Shown here one piece after another: positions 38,836-49,900 of a stretch of DNA of 64,000 nucleotides. The stretch's first letter is position 1. Each line of letters starts with the position of its first letter. This DNA is from Balanoglossus misakiensis (lineage: Eukaryota > Animalia > Hemichordata), in contig CM082588.2 in the NCBI GenBank assembly GCA_040954595.2, forward strand, positions 11,669,398-11,733,397, written 5' to 3'. A model generated the notes under the pieces. It made no database searches. It was given only the letters and a program-made list of their open reading frames with translations, and was not told the origin of the DNA. Made by a program: the position numbers and the translations under genes.

Positions 38836-41800
38836 TTACACTGAAACTGCGCTTATTTCGCTTGGTTTGCAGTTGGGACAAGAAAACAGTGCTTTTTTCT
38901 TAATTTCGGTTGGTGTAACATTCACACACGCTCCATGAAACCATTCATAGCAATAATCACACTGGATCATAAGTTTCCCATCATCAGGTTTCCTGCAAAG
39001 GCAATATACTTCACCCATTCCTGCGCTGTCCTTAAGTAAGGTCTTCCTAAAGGTTACTATCCAGCGAGGAAGCTCTTTATCCTGGCAAGGCTTTAGCCGA
39101 TCGTGATGGGCGGTCCAAACCTCTCTTCGCAATTTGATGCGGAAGAGATAGGGTGTGATTTTGGTGATGATGACCCCTGGTCCTTTCCAAGGTGGGCACA
39201 GTTTACGGCATTTGCCTTTCGTGGATCCGGTATCCAACAGATATACTGGATCCCCGACCTTGAAGGACTGCTTGTTCACTCGGAGGTCGTAATCACGTTT
39301 CATTCTTTCTTGTGTGGTCTTCAGTATTTCCCGCGCTGTCTCATGAGAATTCATTATGGCCTCCTCCAATTCGTACACATACCCCTCATGAGATTGGTCA
39401 GTGTTTGTCCTGGGAGGCCGGAATACAAGATCAGCGGGCTGGTTTATTTCCCTACCTAACATCATCCGGTTGGGCGTAAAACCAGTGCTGCGGTTGACTG
39501 AAGAGCGGAGAGCTCCGGCGATCTGTGAGAGAAATTTATCCCATTCTTTCTGTGACTTGATGTAGCATCTGATTGCGTTCATCAAAGTGCGATTCTGCCG
39601 TTCCGCCTGGCCATTAGCAGATGGTCTGTAAGAAGTGGTTCTTGTTTTATGGATATGAAGAATCTCACAAATCACTGAAAATAACTGACTTTCAAAGTTT
39701 CTTCCCTGGTCAGTGTGAATTTCAAATGGATACCCGAACCTGGTAAAGAATTCAGCTACTGCGGCGTGTGCTGTTTCCTCAGCATTTTGGGTTGGCAGCG
39801 GTATACATTCTACCCACTTGGTGAATTGATCTACCATTACCAGGATATACTCATTACCCCGAGGTGTCTTGGGTAACGGCCCTAGGAAATCCAAGTGAAC
39901 TCGTTCCATCGCTGCCCCCGCATGAAATAGGGTCAGCTGATGTCGGTGGTGTCTGTGTGCTTTCTTGTCGTGATTGCAAATTGCACACATTGTGACATAC
40001 TTGCGGATGTCGTGGGACATCCTATACCAATGGTATTTGGTCCTGATTCTGGCTTGAGTGCGCTGTATTCCCTGGTGCCCACAAGATGGAATATCATGAT
40101 TCAACCGTATAACTTCATCTTTCATGGTATTAGGGATGACTAGTTGTTTGGTGTTTTCATCTGTGGCCGACTTTCTCCACAGTACTCCCTCCTCAATGAA
40201 GTATAGGTCACGGTTGATCCAATAATTCTTTGCTGCAGGGCTGGAGAGTCTCAGCTCTCCTTCCTCAGGAACTTTCCCAGTTTCAAGCCATGTGATGAGA
40301 ATCCCCAGTGTTTTATCAGTCTGCTGTGCCTGTTGGTATTCTTTGTGAGAATATCCTAGGATGGCTGTTCCCAGTTTAGTGGAATCCTCTCTGGATAGTA
40401 TGCAGACTTGTACAGGATCCGGAAAGTGGGAAATTTCGAGGTTCGAATGAGGCACGTCGATTAGTTCGTCCTGGACTGTGTCACGGGTGATTCCGCAGCA
40501 AGTTAATAGACCCAAGTTACCTCCAGGGTCCCATGGCCAGGTCTCTTCATCTTGAATTGCTGGTTGTATTTGTGGGTCCATGCTACCGGTACATTGGTTC
40601 ACCACATATGGCCCTTCTTTTTGGTGGAGTTGGCTGTTCCTGTGTTTGTCTCTGGGTTCAGCCATGGTAAGGGGAATTACATCATCCACCTCATTGATGA
40701 ACGGGCTCCAGTTTCGATGTGCTCTGCTGCAATAGTTGCATCCCCCGCAAGGTAAGGATTCCAATTTTGTTCCATGCTCAAAATTGGTGCAGGCACTTTG
40801 CTCGGGTAATCTTGACAGGGAGTCGGCGTTGATGTGTTGTTTTCCTGGTCGGTGTTGCACAGTAAAGTTGTACTGGCTTAGTTCTTCTAGCCAGCGAGCT
40901 AATTGGCCTTGTGGTTCTTTGAATCGTATTAGCCATAGCAAACTGTGATGATCTGTCCGTACCAGAAATTTATTACCAAGCAAGTAGTATCGAAACTGCC
41001 GGGTGAACCTTACGACTGCCAGCAATTCTTTTCTTGTGGTGCAGTACCGTCTCTGTTCAGGTGTCAGGGCATAACTTCCATAAGAAATTGTTCTCTCCTT
41101 GCCGTTCTGTATCTGGGATAACTCAGCTCCGATGGCAAAGTCTGAGGCATCCGTGTCTAGAATGAAGTTATAATAATAATAATAGTTTATTCAGATACAA
41201 TATAGGCCACCGGCCTCTGTGTATACAAACTAGTACGTCACCTGAAATCTCCGGAGGACGCAAAAATGTAAAATAATTGTCGAATTACATCATGGCCATG
41301 AAAAAGGAAAGAAACGAATCACACTTCAGATCGTTTTTTCGTGGCAAAAAATACAAATTTTGACAGATTACGCAAGATACTTGGGTTACATGATTGCATG
41401 AGGAGGTAAAATTTATCGTAGGTTGGCATAAAATAGTAATATCTAGGAATATACTTGACTCGTAAATCCGCATAGAATGGACACACAATACAAAAGTGAA
41501 ATTCATCCTCTATCTCATTACCATTACAATAGATACATGTTCTATCTTCACGATTATTGCGTAATCGCCTGTCAGCTTCGATACGTAAAGCGTGCGCTGA
41601 TATTCTAAATCTACAAAGTGCCTCTCGAAAGTGCGACTTTTCAATCATGTTGAAATACAATTCTCGTCGAAAAATATGTTTGAACTTTCTGTAAGAGTCT
41701 AGTTTAGGAAACAAACGTAGACTAGTATGCCAGTTTTAAACATCTAGATCATGACAACGCTGTTTGAATAAGGAAATAAAATTGACATTGTTACCAACCC

Positions 41801-43915
41801 CCTGATTAACCCATGCCTCACCCATTCCATAGGAAAAAAGTAACATTTTCACATCGTGAGAATGAAGTTATCCTCTGTATTGGGCAAGGTCAGAACAGGG
41901 GCAGCGGTGAGTGCTTTCTTGATGTCCTCAAAAGCTTGATGTTGCTCATACCCCCAGGCGAATGGTTTCTTCCCGGTTACACTGTACAGAGGTACCGCTA
42001 ACTTGGCATAATCCTTGATGAAGGCGCGATGGTAGTTCGCAAATCCTGCAAATTTTTCCACGTCCTTCGTGTTGATAGGGATTGGCCATTCTTGGATCAT
42101 CCGAATAGATTGATCTTCAAGAGATATTCTGTTTCTACCAACTTTCCTACCCAGGAAACTTACTTCCTGTTGGAATAACTCACACTTTCTTGGCTTGAGT
42201 TTCAGTTGGTACTTCCGTAGTCGTTTGAAGACTTCCCGGAGATTTTTAAGGTGTTCTTCGAAGCTTGATCCGAGCACCATTATATCATCCAGAAATGCCA
42301 GTACGATGTCCCAAATTAGGCCCCTTAGTACTAGGTTCATCACTCTGGAGAAAGTAGCAGGTGCGTTGCACAGACCAAACGGCATTCGGGTAAATTCGTA
42401 CAAACCGTATTTGGTGGTGAAAGCCGTTTTCTTGCAGTCGGGTGGATTAATACTTATCTGCCAGTATGCCGAGTTGGCGTCCAACTTGGAGGACCATAGA
42501 CATCCTGACATCCAATGGCAGCGGAAAAACGTCCTTTACGGTGATGTTGTTTAGGGCTCGATAATCCACACACCAACGCACGCTTGCATCTCGTTTTCGC
42601 ACTAGAACTGGTGCCGAAGCCCATTCGGAGATTGATGGCCTTATAACTCCGGCATTCAGCATTTTCTTTAAGTGGGCTTCTTCTTCCCCTGCAAAACACA
42701 TTGGAGTGCGCCGTAGACGTTGCTTTATTGGTGGATTGTCTTTTGTGTCGACGCTATGTGTGATTGCAGTGAAATTTCCCAGATCAAATTCGTCCTTGGC
42801 GAAAACATCTTCGTAATCGAACAGAAGTTTATGTAGTTGGGTTTGTTCATCTGCTTGAAGATGACTGCAGGATCTTTCAAACAGATTTCCTAAATGTGAA
42901 GGTAGCCCGCCTACCGGCTGAGGGCGTACTTCAGTCTTCTGTTGGGCGTCAGGTGATGGGACGGTGATCACCTCCACTTCTGTAGCTGATGCGATAGGAT
43001 CCTTGCTCTTCAGAGTTATATAATTCTCCGTCGGGTTGACTAAACAAACCTTAGGTGATTGTTCCCCCGAGTGAAGTGTCCTGGGCATCATTACTTTCAA
43101 TCCCTGGGTTGGTTCTACCAAATAGTCGGTTAGATCCGTATCGAGTAAACAGGATATTCTGACCACACTATTCGGTGGGATGATTGTCCGTCGCTTCAAA
43201 GTTACCTTTGCCACTTTCGGCGAATGATCCCTCTGTCCAAGGGTCATAGGTATGTTTTCCTCCCCCAAATGGAGCCAGTTGTTACTCATGTTGATGGTTG
43301 CTCCATTTGCTTGTAGGAAATCAACTCCCAGTAGCATTTCGTCGCCTATTGGGGCTACGTATATATCGGCATTGAAGACGGCACGTCCTAGCTGGATGTC
43401 AACGGGTCCGACCAGGTTGGCTTTCATGGTTAACTGTCTTCCAGCTGTTTGCATGGTAACTTCCCGCAATATTGGAGGTTTTACTCGCAGACTGTTGTAC
43501 AGTTGGTCAGAGATAATAGTGACTTCTGCGGCGGTATCGATGATAGCGGTAGCGGACTGGTCTCCAATTTTTGCTGGGATGCTATACATTGAACTGGACA
43601 CAAGTTGGTTAATGACAACCATAGGCATGTCATTAGCTTCGGATGTTGCCATACTGGTCTTTGACGATTTTGTCTCTTCCACTGTTGAGTTGGTCACATC
43701 TGCGCAATGTGTACCATCATCAGTTGGAGTTGGTATAGTCGTTGTATACACATCTGCACAATGTGTATTGACATCAAGTGTTACCGATTCAGCTGATGGC
43801 GATGGCACGTCAATATTACAGTTGCGATCGCCCTCCGTGGAAGCGTTGAGGCCATAGGTTATGGGTTGTTGGGTCAAACTTTGGCCTCTGGGCTTGACCC
43901 TTTGGTGTTTAATGG
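38836..43915 (-). pseudogene. pol: pol (protease-RT-RNase H-integrase-PHD), disrupted by a frameshift at ~42510 and a LINE insertion at 41172-41858
   Basis: IIDTAAEVT (PR); [21 protein letters not shown] (RT); LDTDASD, RKELLAVV, TDHHSL (RH); HDIPSCGH..CAIC, HLDFLGP, TDQGRNF, NGQAER, WKGP (IN); YCLCRKPDD..MIQCDYCYEWFHGAC..CPNC (PHD). Confidence 0.95.
41172..41858 (-). mobile_element. 5'-truncated non-LTR retrotransposon (RTEX-like C-terminus) inserted in pol
   Basis: 13-bp TSD agaatgaagttat (41159-41171 / 41859-41871); (ATT)n tail; FRISAH.L.IE..CIYC..EDEFHF..CPFY.DLR motif. Confidence 0.9.
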
Positions 43916-45547
43916 ACTGGCCGGCGCTGTTTCCTTCTTTTCTGATGTTCCATGGGGACATTCCCTCTTAAAATGGCCTATCTCGCCGCACCCATAGCAA
44001 CCACGGCTTCTCGGAGATGGGGATCAGTACCTTGATGTCTGCTGCGTTGTCACCACTTTGGTTAATTCGGCCAGTTGGGTGGTGACAGTCTGCAAAGTTG
44101 CGCTGATTGCCGACATCTGCGTCTCCAGCCTCGACATCCTCCCCTGCATCTCAGTTCCTCCGTCTTTGCTTCTCGGGCGGATGGGAGCTCTTTCAGGAGA
44201 GGGTGATTGTTTTCGCTCATACCTGGAGACAGATCGTGCTTCGATGTTGGTTTTCAGGTATTCCGGATCAGGACTTACAAATCGTACTTCCCGCCTCTGC
44301 GATCGGATGCCATAGATTGCTTGATGATTATACTGGAATCTTTTGACAGTATCGATCGCTGCTTCGATGGAAGTTGGACGCTGATTTGCTGCCCATTGGC
44401 CTGCTTCTCGATCACAACATCCTTGGCAAAAGCGCATCACAGCTTGAAGCTCTATGGTGGCATCGCTGCTTTCTTGAAATGCCTGCATCGCAAGTGAATA
44501 AACCCTGTCCGCCCATTCTTCTAATTTCTCCTCGGTGTTTTGTCGGATCTGGGCGAACTGAAGCTGACTGGATTCTGGAATCTCTTTCAAGCCGAATCGT
44601 TTCTCCAGTTTTTTTAGCAGCTCGTGATAGCTGACGTCTGCGTTTTTCTGGAGGATCCTGGTATAAACTTCACTTGCTTTCCCCTCTAAACACCAGCACA
44701 GATAATTTTTGCATTCATTGAATGACATGTCCTGCATCTCGGCAAATTTCGTGAAATTTACCTGATATGCCTGCCAGTTTCCGGAGCCATCGTAGATTAG
44801 CGTCCTGGGAACTGACATTGGGATGTGACGATGACTTGATCTGTCCATCCGGTTATCATGCTGGTAGTAGGGTTGAGTTCTGGGAGGAGCGAATTCTGTT
44901 GGATAATGGCCATCATAATAATCCGGTGATGCACCCGCTCGTGGTCTGGACACATTCACCCGTGATGGACGATAATTCTGCTCATCTTCAGGCCAGGTCG
45001 CATATCGCTGTTCATCGCGAACACTTCGTGGATATGGTCTACCATACGCAGGAGCATCTGGCCTGTACGCAGGATGGAATGAACTATCATACCCCCGAGA
45101 GTCGGTATGATGTTGACTTACCCTATCCTGCGTATAGTCTGGTTCGTCAAATCGCCTCGATCGAATAGGTGCTTTGGGTTGTTGATGTCGTGAAGGTCGT
45201 TGAACATGTCTGCTTTCGCGTTCTTTCGTGACCTTGTCAATCCTTTCCATCCATTCCTTCATGCTATCTTCATCACTATCCTTCCCGCTGTCTTCCTCAT
45301 CTTCCCAGAACGGGGCGAGATGGGTAGTTGTGTTCATGGATGGTTTGGCTGAAGCACCTGGTGGGTCGAAGTCGGCCATCTCCGTGAATTCTTCGGATGG
45401 TTTGAACCTAGGAATACTGCATACCATCTCATATGTTACATAGCCATGTCGTTCACGTAATCGCAGAATCGCCTTTGCTATTTTCCGTCCCACTCCAGGT
45501 AGACATTGAAGAGTTCCTAGAGTACTGGTGTTGACGTTGATTTTCAT
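43874..45547 (-). CDS. gag: gag with N-terminal helix-hairpin-helix and C-terminal CCHC knuckle; in-frame TGA at 44024-44026
   Basis: [33 protein letters not shown] (HhH); [31 protein letters not shown] (capsid). Beyond the TGA the frame continues [29 protein letters not shown] to a TGA at 43874. Confidence 0.9.
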
Positions 45548-46715
45548 GATGGCGCGTTAGAAATTATTGAGATGGAAGTTGCAGATACCGTTGTCGGAAA
45601 ATATTACCCACACAAGGACAGAGTAATATTTAACAAAGTGATATTACTCGTAATATTTACTGAGCAATACCCAAATTGATCAGTTTGTCACAAGAATAAT
45701 CAACGACAATGACCAATCAATTATATCACAACAATAATAGAACCCGCAATTATACAGAGTAATATAATGTGATAATAAGACTAGTACGACTGATATCAAT
45801 AATACAATAATTGGAATGGCTCACAATAATAAAACTCGCAATAATACTGAGTAATACAATGCGACACCAAATATTATTGATATAGCGAATAATTGAACAG
45901 TTTCAACACTTACCAATTGCTGAGGAATTACAGTTCTGTACTGATACTGTGTGGTACAACTAGTAAAAATGCGAAACAAAGCGGAATTTGTTAAAGCGAA
46001 ACTTTTCAGAAGTAAAACAACAGATAAAAGACAAGTCCGAAAGCTGGAACTTGTCCGCACAAAAAGTACGTAAAATTATGACGAAAGGTGCGGTGTACAG
46101 AACTGCCACAAAAAATGGCTTCTTTGACGAAATGGCTTCCTCGTCAATGCAATGGTGGCACCAATACTAGCAGAAAGTTACTTTCCAAGCTATCCGTACA
46201 CACACAACGGCAGTATAACGGGCTAGGAAGTATAACTGCAAATCTTACCTTGCCGTGTTCGGAAGTTCGCCGTACACACAAAAAATACGGTAAGACAAAG
46301 TACACGTAAAACAACACAGAAATAAGTTGTGAAACTTTTCCTTGAAACGTGCACAGAAAAAAAACGGCACAGTGTAGCGGAAAATTCCTCTCACTGAATT
46401 TCTTGAACTTGGCCCCAGCTGTCCGAACTTCAATAAATATTACAAGCTTTACCGGAACAACTGGAGATTCGTTCCCAGTTTTCTCTCGACTTCACCTAGT
46501 TCTCTGTCTCCCACCAGAAAAACTAATGAAGACGGTTTCTTGGTGCAAGTGTTGAAAACTGAAAGCACTTGGGCGTCCGCACTACTCCTATAAGTTTCAA
46601 GCGGAAAGCCGCGACGCAACTTTAACGATAGCGAGTACTCCGACTACTTATCCTCAAAAATCGGCAAAAAGTTACCAACGGAGTTTTTTCACTTTTTCCC
46701 CACTAGGGTTGAAAA

Positions 46716-46728
46716 GTCGCAGCGCCAA
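46716..46728 (-). promoter_or_regulatory. Primer binding site (TGGCGCTGCGAC; possibly tRNA-Ser)
   Basis: TGG start 1 nt after the 5' LTR. The complement ..CGCAGCGCCA resembles animal tRNA-Ser 3' ends (from memory). Confidence 0.75.
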
Positions 46729-46729
46729 T

Positions 46730-46990
46730 TGTAGTAAATACCGGTTACTAACCTGGTAGGTACTACGGGTTGTCTTATTCCGGGCCACAGAGTTTTGCTT
46801 GGTACTGGTCGTCAGTCCTGGTAGCGTGTTGCTCTGATGCTGGTCCGGGTCGTTCTGGTTCTGATAGTTGAGAAACGTGGGTAAAAACCAGTAGCACAGG
46901 TGCAGGGCATTCCGTAGTGCAATTACGTCAGAGGCGTCCCACCTGTACAGCAGGGCGCCACCAACGGCCAGAAGCCCACAAATTACTACA
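46730..46990 (-). repeat. 5' LTR
   Basis: TG..CA ends with an 8-bp inverted repeat; followed on the minus strand by the PBS. Confidence 0.97.
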
Positions 46991-49900
46991 TATATATCGA
47001 TACAAATTCCACAAAAGACCGTCTAATTTGGCTCACTGCAGACAAAATTGCGTTTTACCAAATTTTCCTTGAAAATGTCATTTTTAGAAAAAAAAAAAAA
47101 AAACCTTTGTTCTTCGAATTTGGTGCCCTGATCATATATGACATGTTGATTGTATGTTAAAACTTTCGACCACTCCAAAAATGCAGAGATATTGACGGAA
47201 TTCAAGAAAAATAGCCATTTTGGCCATATTTTGACAAAAATGGTAAATTTTTAAAAAATCATAAAAAATTAACTCTTTTCTTCATTTTCGGAAATATTAT
47301 GGAGCATGAAGTGTCGTTCTCTTGTAAAAAGTGCTGCAAATTCCAGAAAAGGCGGTATAATTTGAATCACCCAAGACAAAATTGCAATTTTTCGACTTTT
47401 TTTCGAAAAATTGTCTTTTTTACAAAATAAATAAGAATAAATTCTTTTCTTAGTTTCAAACGGGTAGAGATACTTTCCACACGGGTTTTCTAACATTGAA
47501 TTCCCGTTCATCAACTCAGATTTCCTACAGCATAAGTCGGCTAAAACCCTGAGACTTTAGAGCAGAAACAGTTGCACACTGGTAACGTTGAACAAGTCGA
47601 TTTTTTACGGCCTGGCTCGGCTAAATCTCCGTCACAATATGACAGACACTAGCGTACGTTAGCAACGGTGATCAAGTCAGATTTTCTACGGCATGGCTTG
47701 GATAAAGCCCCGGCACTCTAGAGCAGAAACACGCGTACAGAGACCACGTTGATCAAGTCTGATCTCCTACGGCTTTGCTCGACTAAAACCCCGGCACACT
47801 ATGACAGACATTAGCGTTCGTTAGCAACGTTGATCAAGTCAGAATTCCTACGGCATGGCTTGGCTAAAGCCCTGGCACTCTAGAGCAGAAACACGCGTAC
47901 AGAGACCACGTTGATCTACTCACATTTCCTTCGGCCTGGCACGGCTGATGCCCCGGCACTATATATAGGACACAAACTGGCGTAAGTTAACAACGGTAAT
48001 CACGTCGGGTTTCCCACGGCCTGGCTCAGCTGAAGCCCCGGCACTCTAGAGCAGAAACATGCGTACATTGACCACGTTGATCAAGTAAGATTTCCTACGG
48101 CGTGACTCGGCTGGTGCATCGGCTCTATATGACACAGACTGGCGTAAGTTATCAACGGTGATTACGTCGGATTTCCTACGGCCTGGTTTAGCTGAAGCCC
48201 CGGCCCTTTAGAGCGGAAACACGCGTACATTGACCACGATGATCAAGTCAGATCTCCTACGGCCTGGCTCGACTAAAACCCCGGCACACCATGACAGACA
48301 CTAGCGTTCGTTAGCAACGGTGATCAAGTCGGATTTCCTTCGGCCTGGCTCTGCAAAAGACCCGACACTCTAGTACAAAGACGTTGGCTAAGTCGGGCAA
48401 ACCGAACAGGGAAAGTCACAGCGGGTCAACACTCGACATTTGTTCCGGTAGGACTGCATTATTGCCTGTCAATTTATAGAGAAAGCCCGAATTTAACCAG
48501 GGCGTTTCAAACACCGACGTTAGTTGTGGGCACGGCCTGCAGTACTGACGGGTAAGCTGACATCGGCGTACCGCATGTAATGTAGGGGGGGGGAACAGAA
48601 CGGTTCAATACTATATTTATTAGATATCAGCTACTTTTGGACAATCATCTAAAATCTAAATCATTTTTTCATATTTGGATATCTGATGATGTATGAAATT
48701 TCCATTATATGTAAAAATGGTGCTGATTATAAAAAATGCACTCTGAATGAGCTGATTTAATACAAAATTGCGTTTTATTCGTTTTTGCACCAAAAAGGTC
48801 ATTTTTAGGGAAAACATTCTTTATTCTTTAAATTCGGTGACCTGATCATATATAAACAATTGCTTGTATGTTAAAAGTTTTAATGACTTTTAAAAGCAGT
48901 GACACTGGCGGCATTCAACACGAAAATAACAATTTTAGCCACAATTCGGTCAAAATGGTAAATTTTTGAAAATTACAAAAAATACCTGTTTTCTACATTT
49001 TCGGAAATCTGATGGAGTATAGAATGCTCTTCGTATACATATATCGATACAAATTCCACAAAAAAACGGCCAATTTGGCTCACTGCAGACAAAATTGCGT
49101 TTTACCAAATTTTCCTTGAAAATGTCATTTTTAGAAAAAAAATAAAAAAAACCTTTGTTCTTCGAATTTGGTGCCCTGATCATATATGACTTGTTGATTG
49201 TATGTTAAAACTTTCGACCACTCCAAAAATGCAGAGATATTGACGGAATTCAAGAAAAAATAGCCATTTTGGCCATATTTTGACAAAAATGGTAAATTTT
49301 TAAAAAATCATAAAAAATTAACTCTTTTCTTCATTTTCGGAAATATTATGGAGCATGAAGTGTCGTTCTCTTGTAAAAAGTGCTGCAAATTCCAGAAAAG
49401 GCGGTATAATTTGAATCACCCATGACAAAATTACCATTTTCGACTTTTTTTCGAAAAATTGTGATTTTTACAAAATAAATAAGAATAAATTATTTTCTTA
49501 GTTTCAAAAGGGTAGAGACACTTTCCACACAGGTTTTTTAACATTGAATTCCCATTCATCAACTCAGATTTCCTACAGCATAAGTCGGCTAAAACCCTGA
49601 CACTCTAGAGCAGAAACAGTTGCACACTGGTAACGTTGAACAAGTCGATTTTTCTACGGCCTGGCTCGGCTAAATCTCCGTCACAATATGACAGACACTA
49701 GCGCACGTTAGCAACGGTGATCAAGTCAGATTTTCTACGGCATGGCTGGGATAAAGCCCCGGCACTCTAGAGCTGAAACACGCGTACAGAGACCACGTTG
49801 ATCAAGTCTGATCTCCTACGGCTTGGTTCGACTAAAACCCCGGCACACTATGACAGACACTAGCGTTCGTTAGCAACGTTGATCAAGTCAGATTTCCTAC

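Larger units (their letters stand above)
35643..46990 (-). mobile_element. Ty3/Gypsy LTR retrotransposon, 11.3 kb, with an extra TatD ORF
   Basis: 261-bp LTRs TGTAGTAA..TTACTACA; TATA TSD (35639-35642 / 46991-46994); PBS; PPT; gag-PR-RT-RH-IN domain order. Confidence 0.97.

Noticed and set aside
37479-45443. Plus-strand ORFs within the Gypsy element (e.g. 37899..38624, 43252..43857)
   Set aside because: Antisense shadows of gag, pol and ORF3 with no independent motifs.
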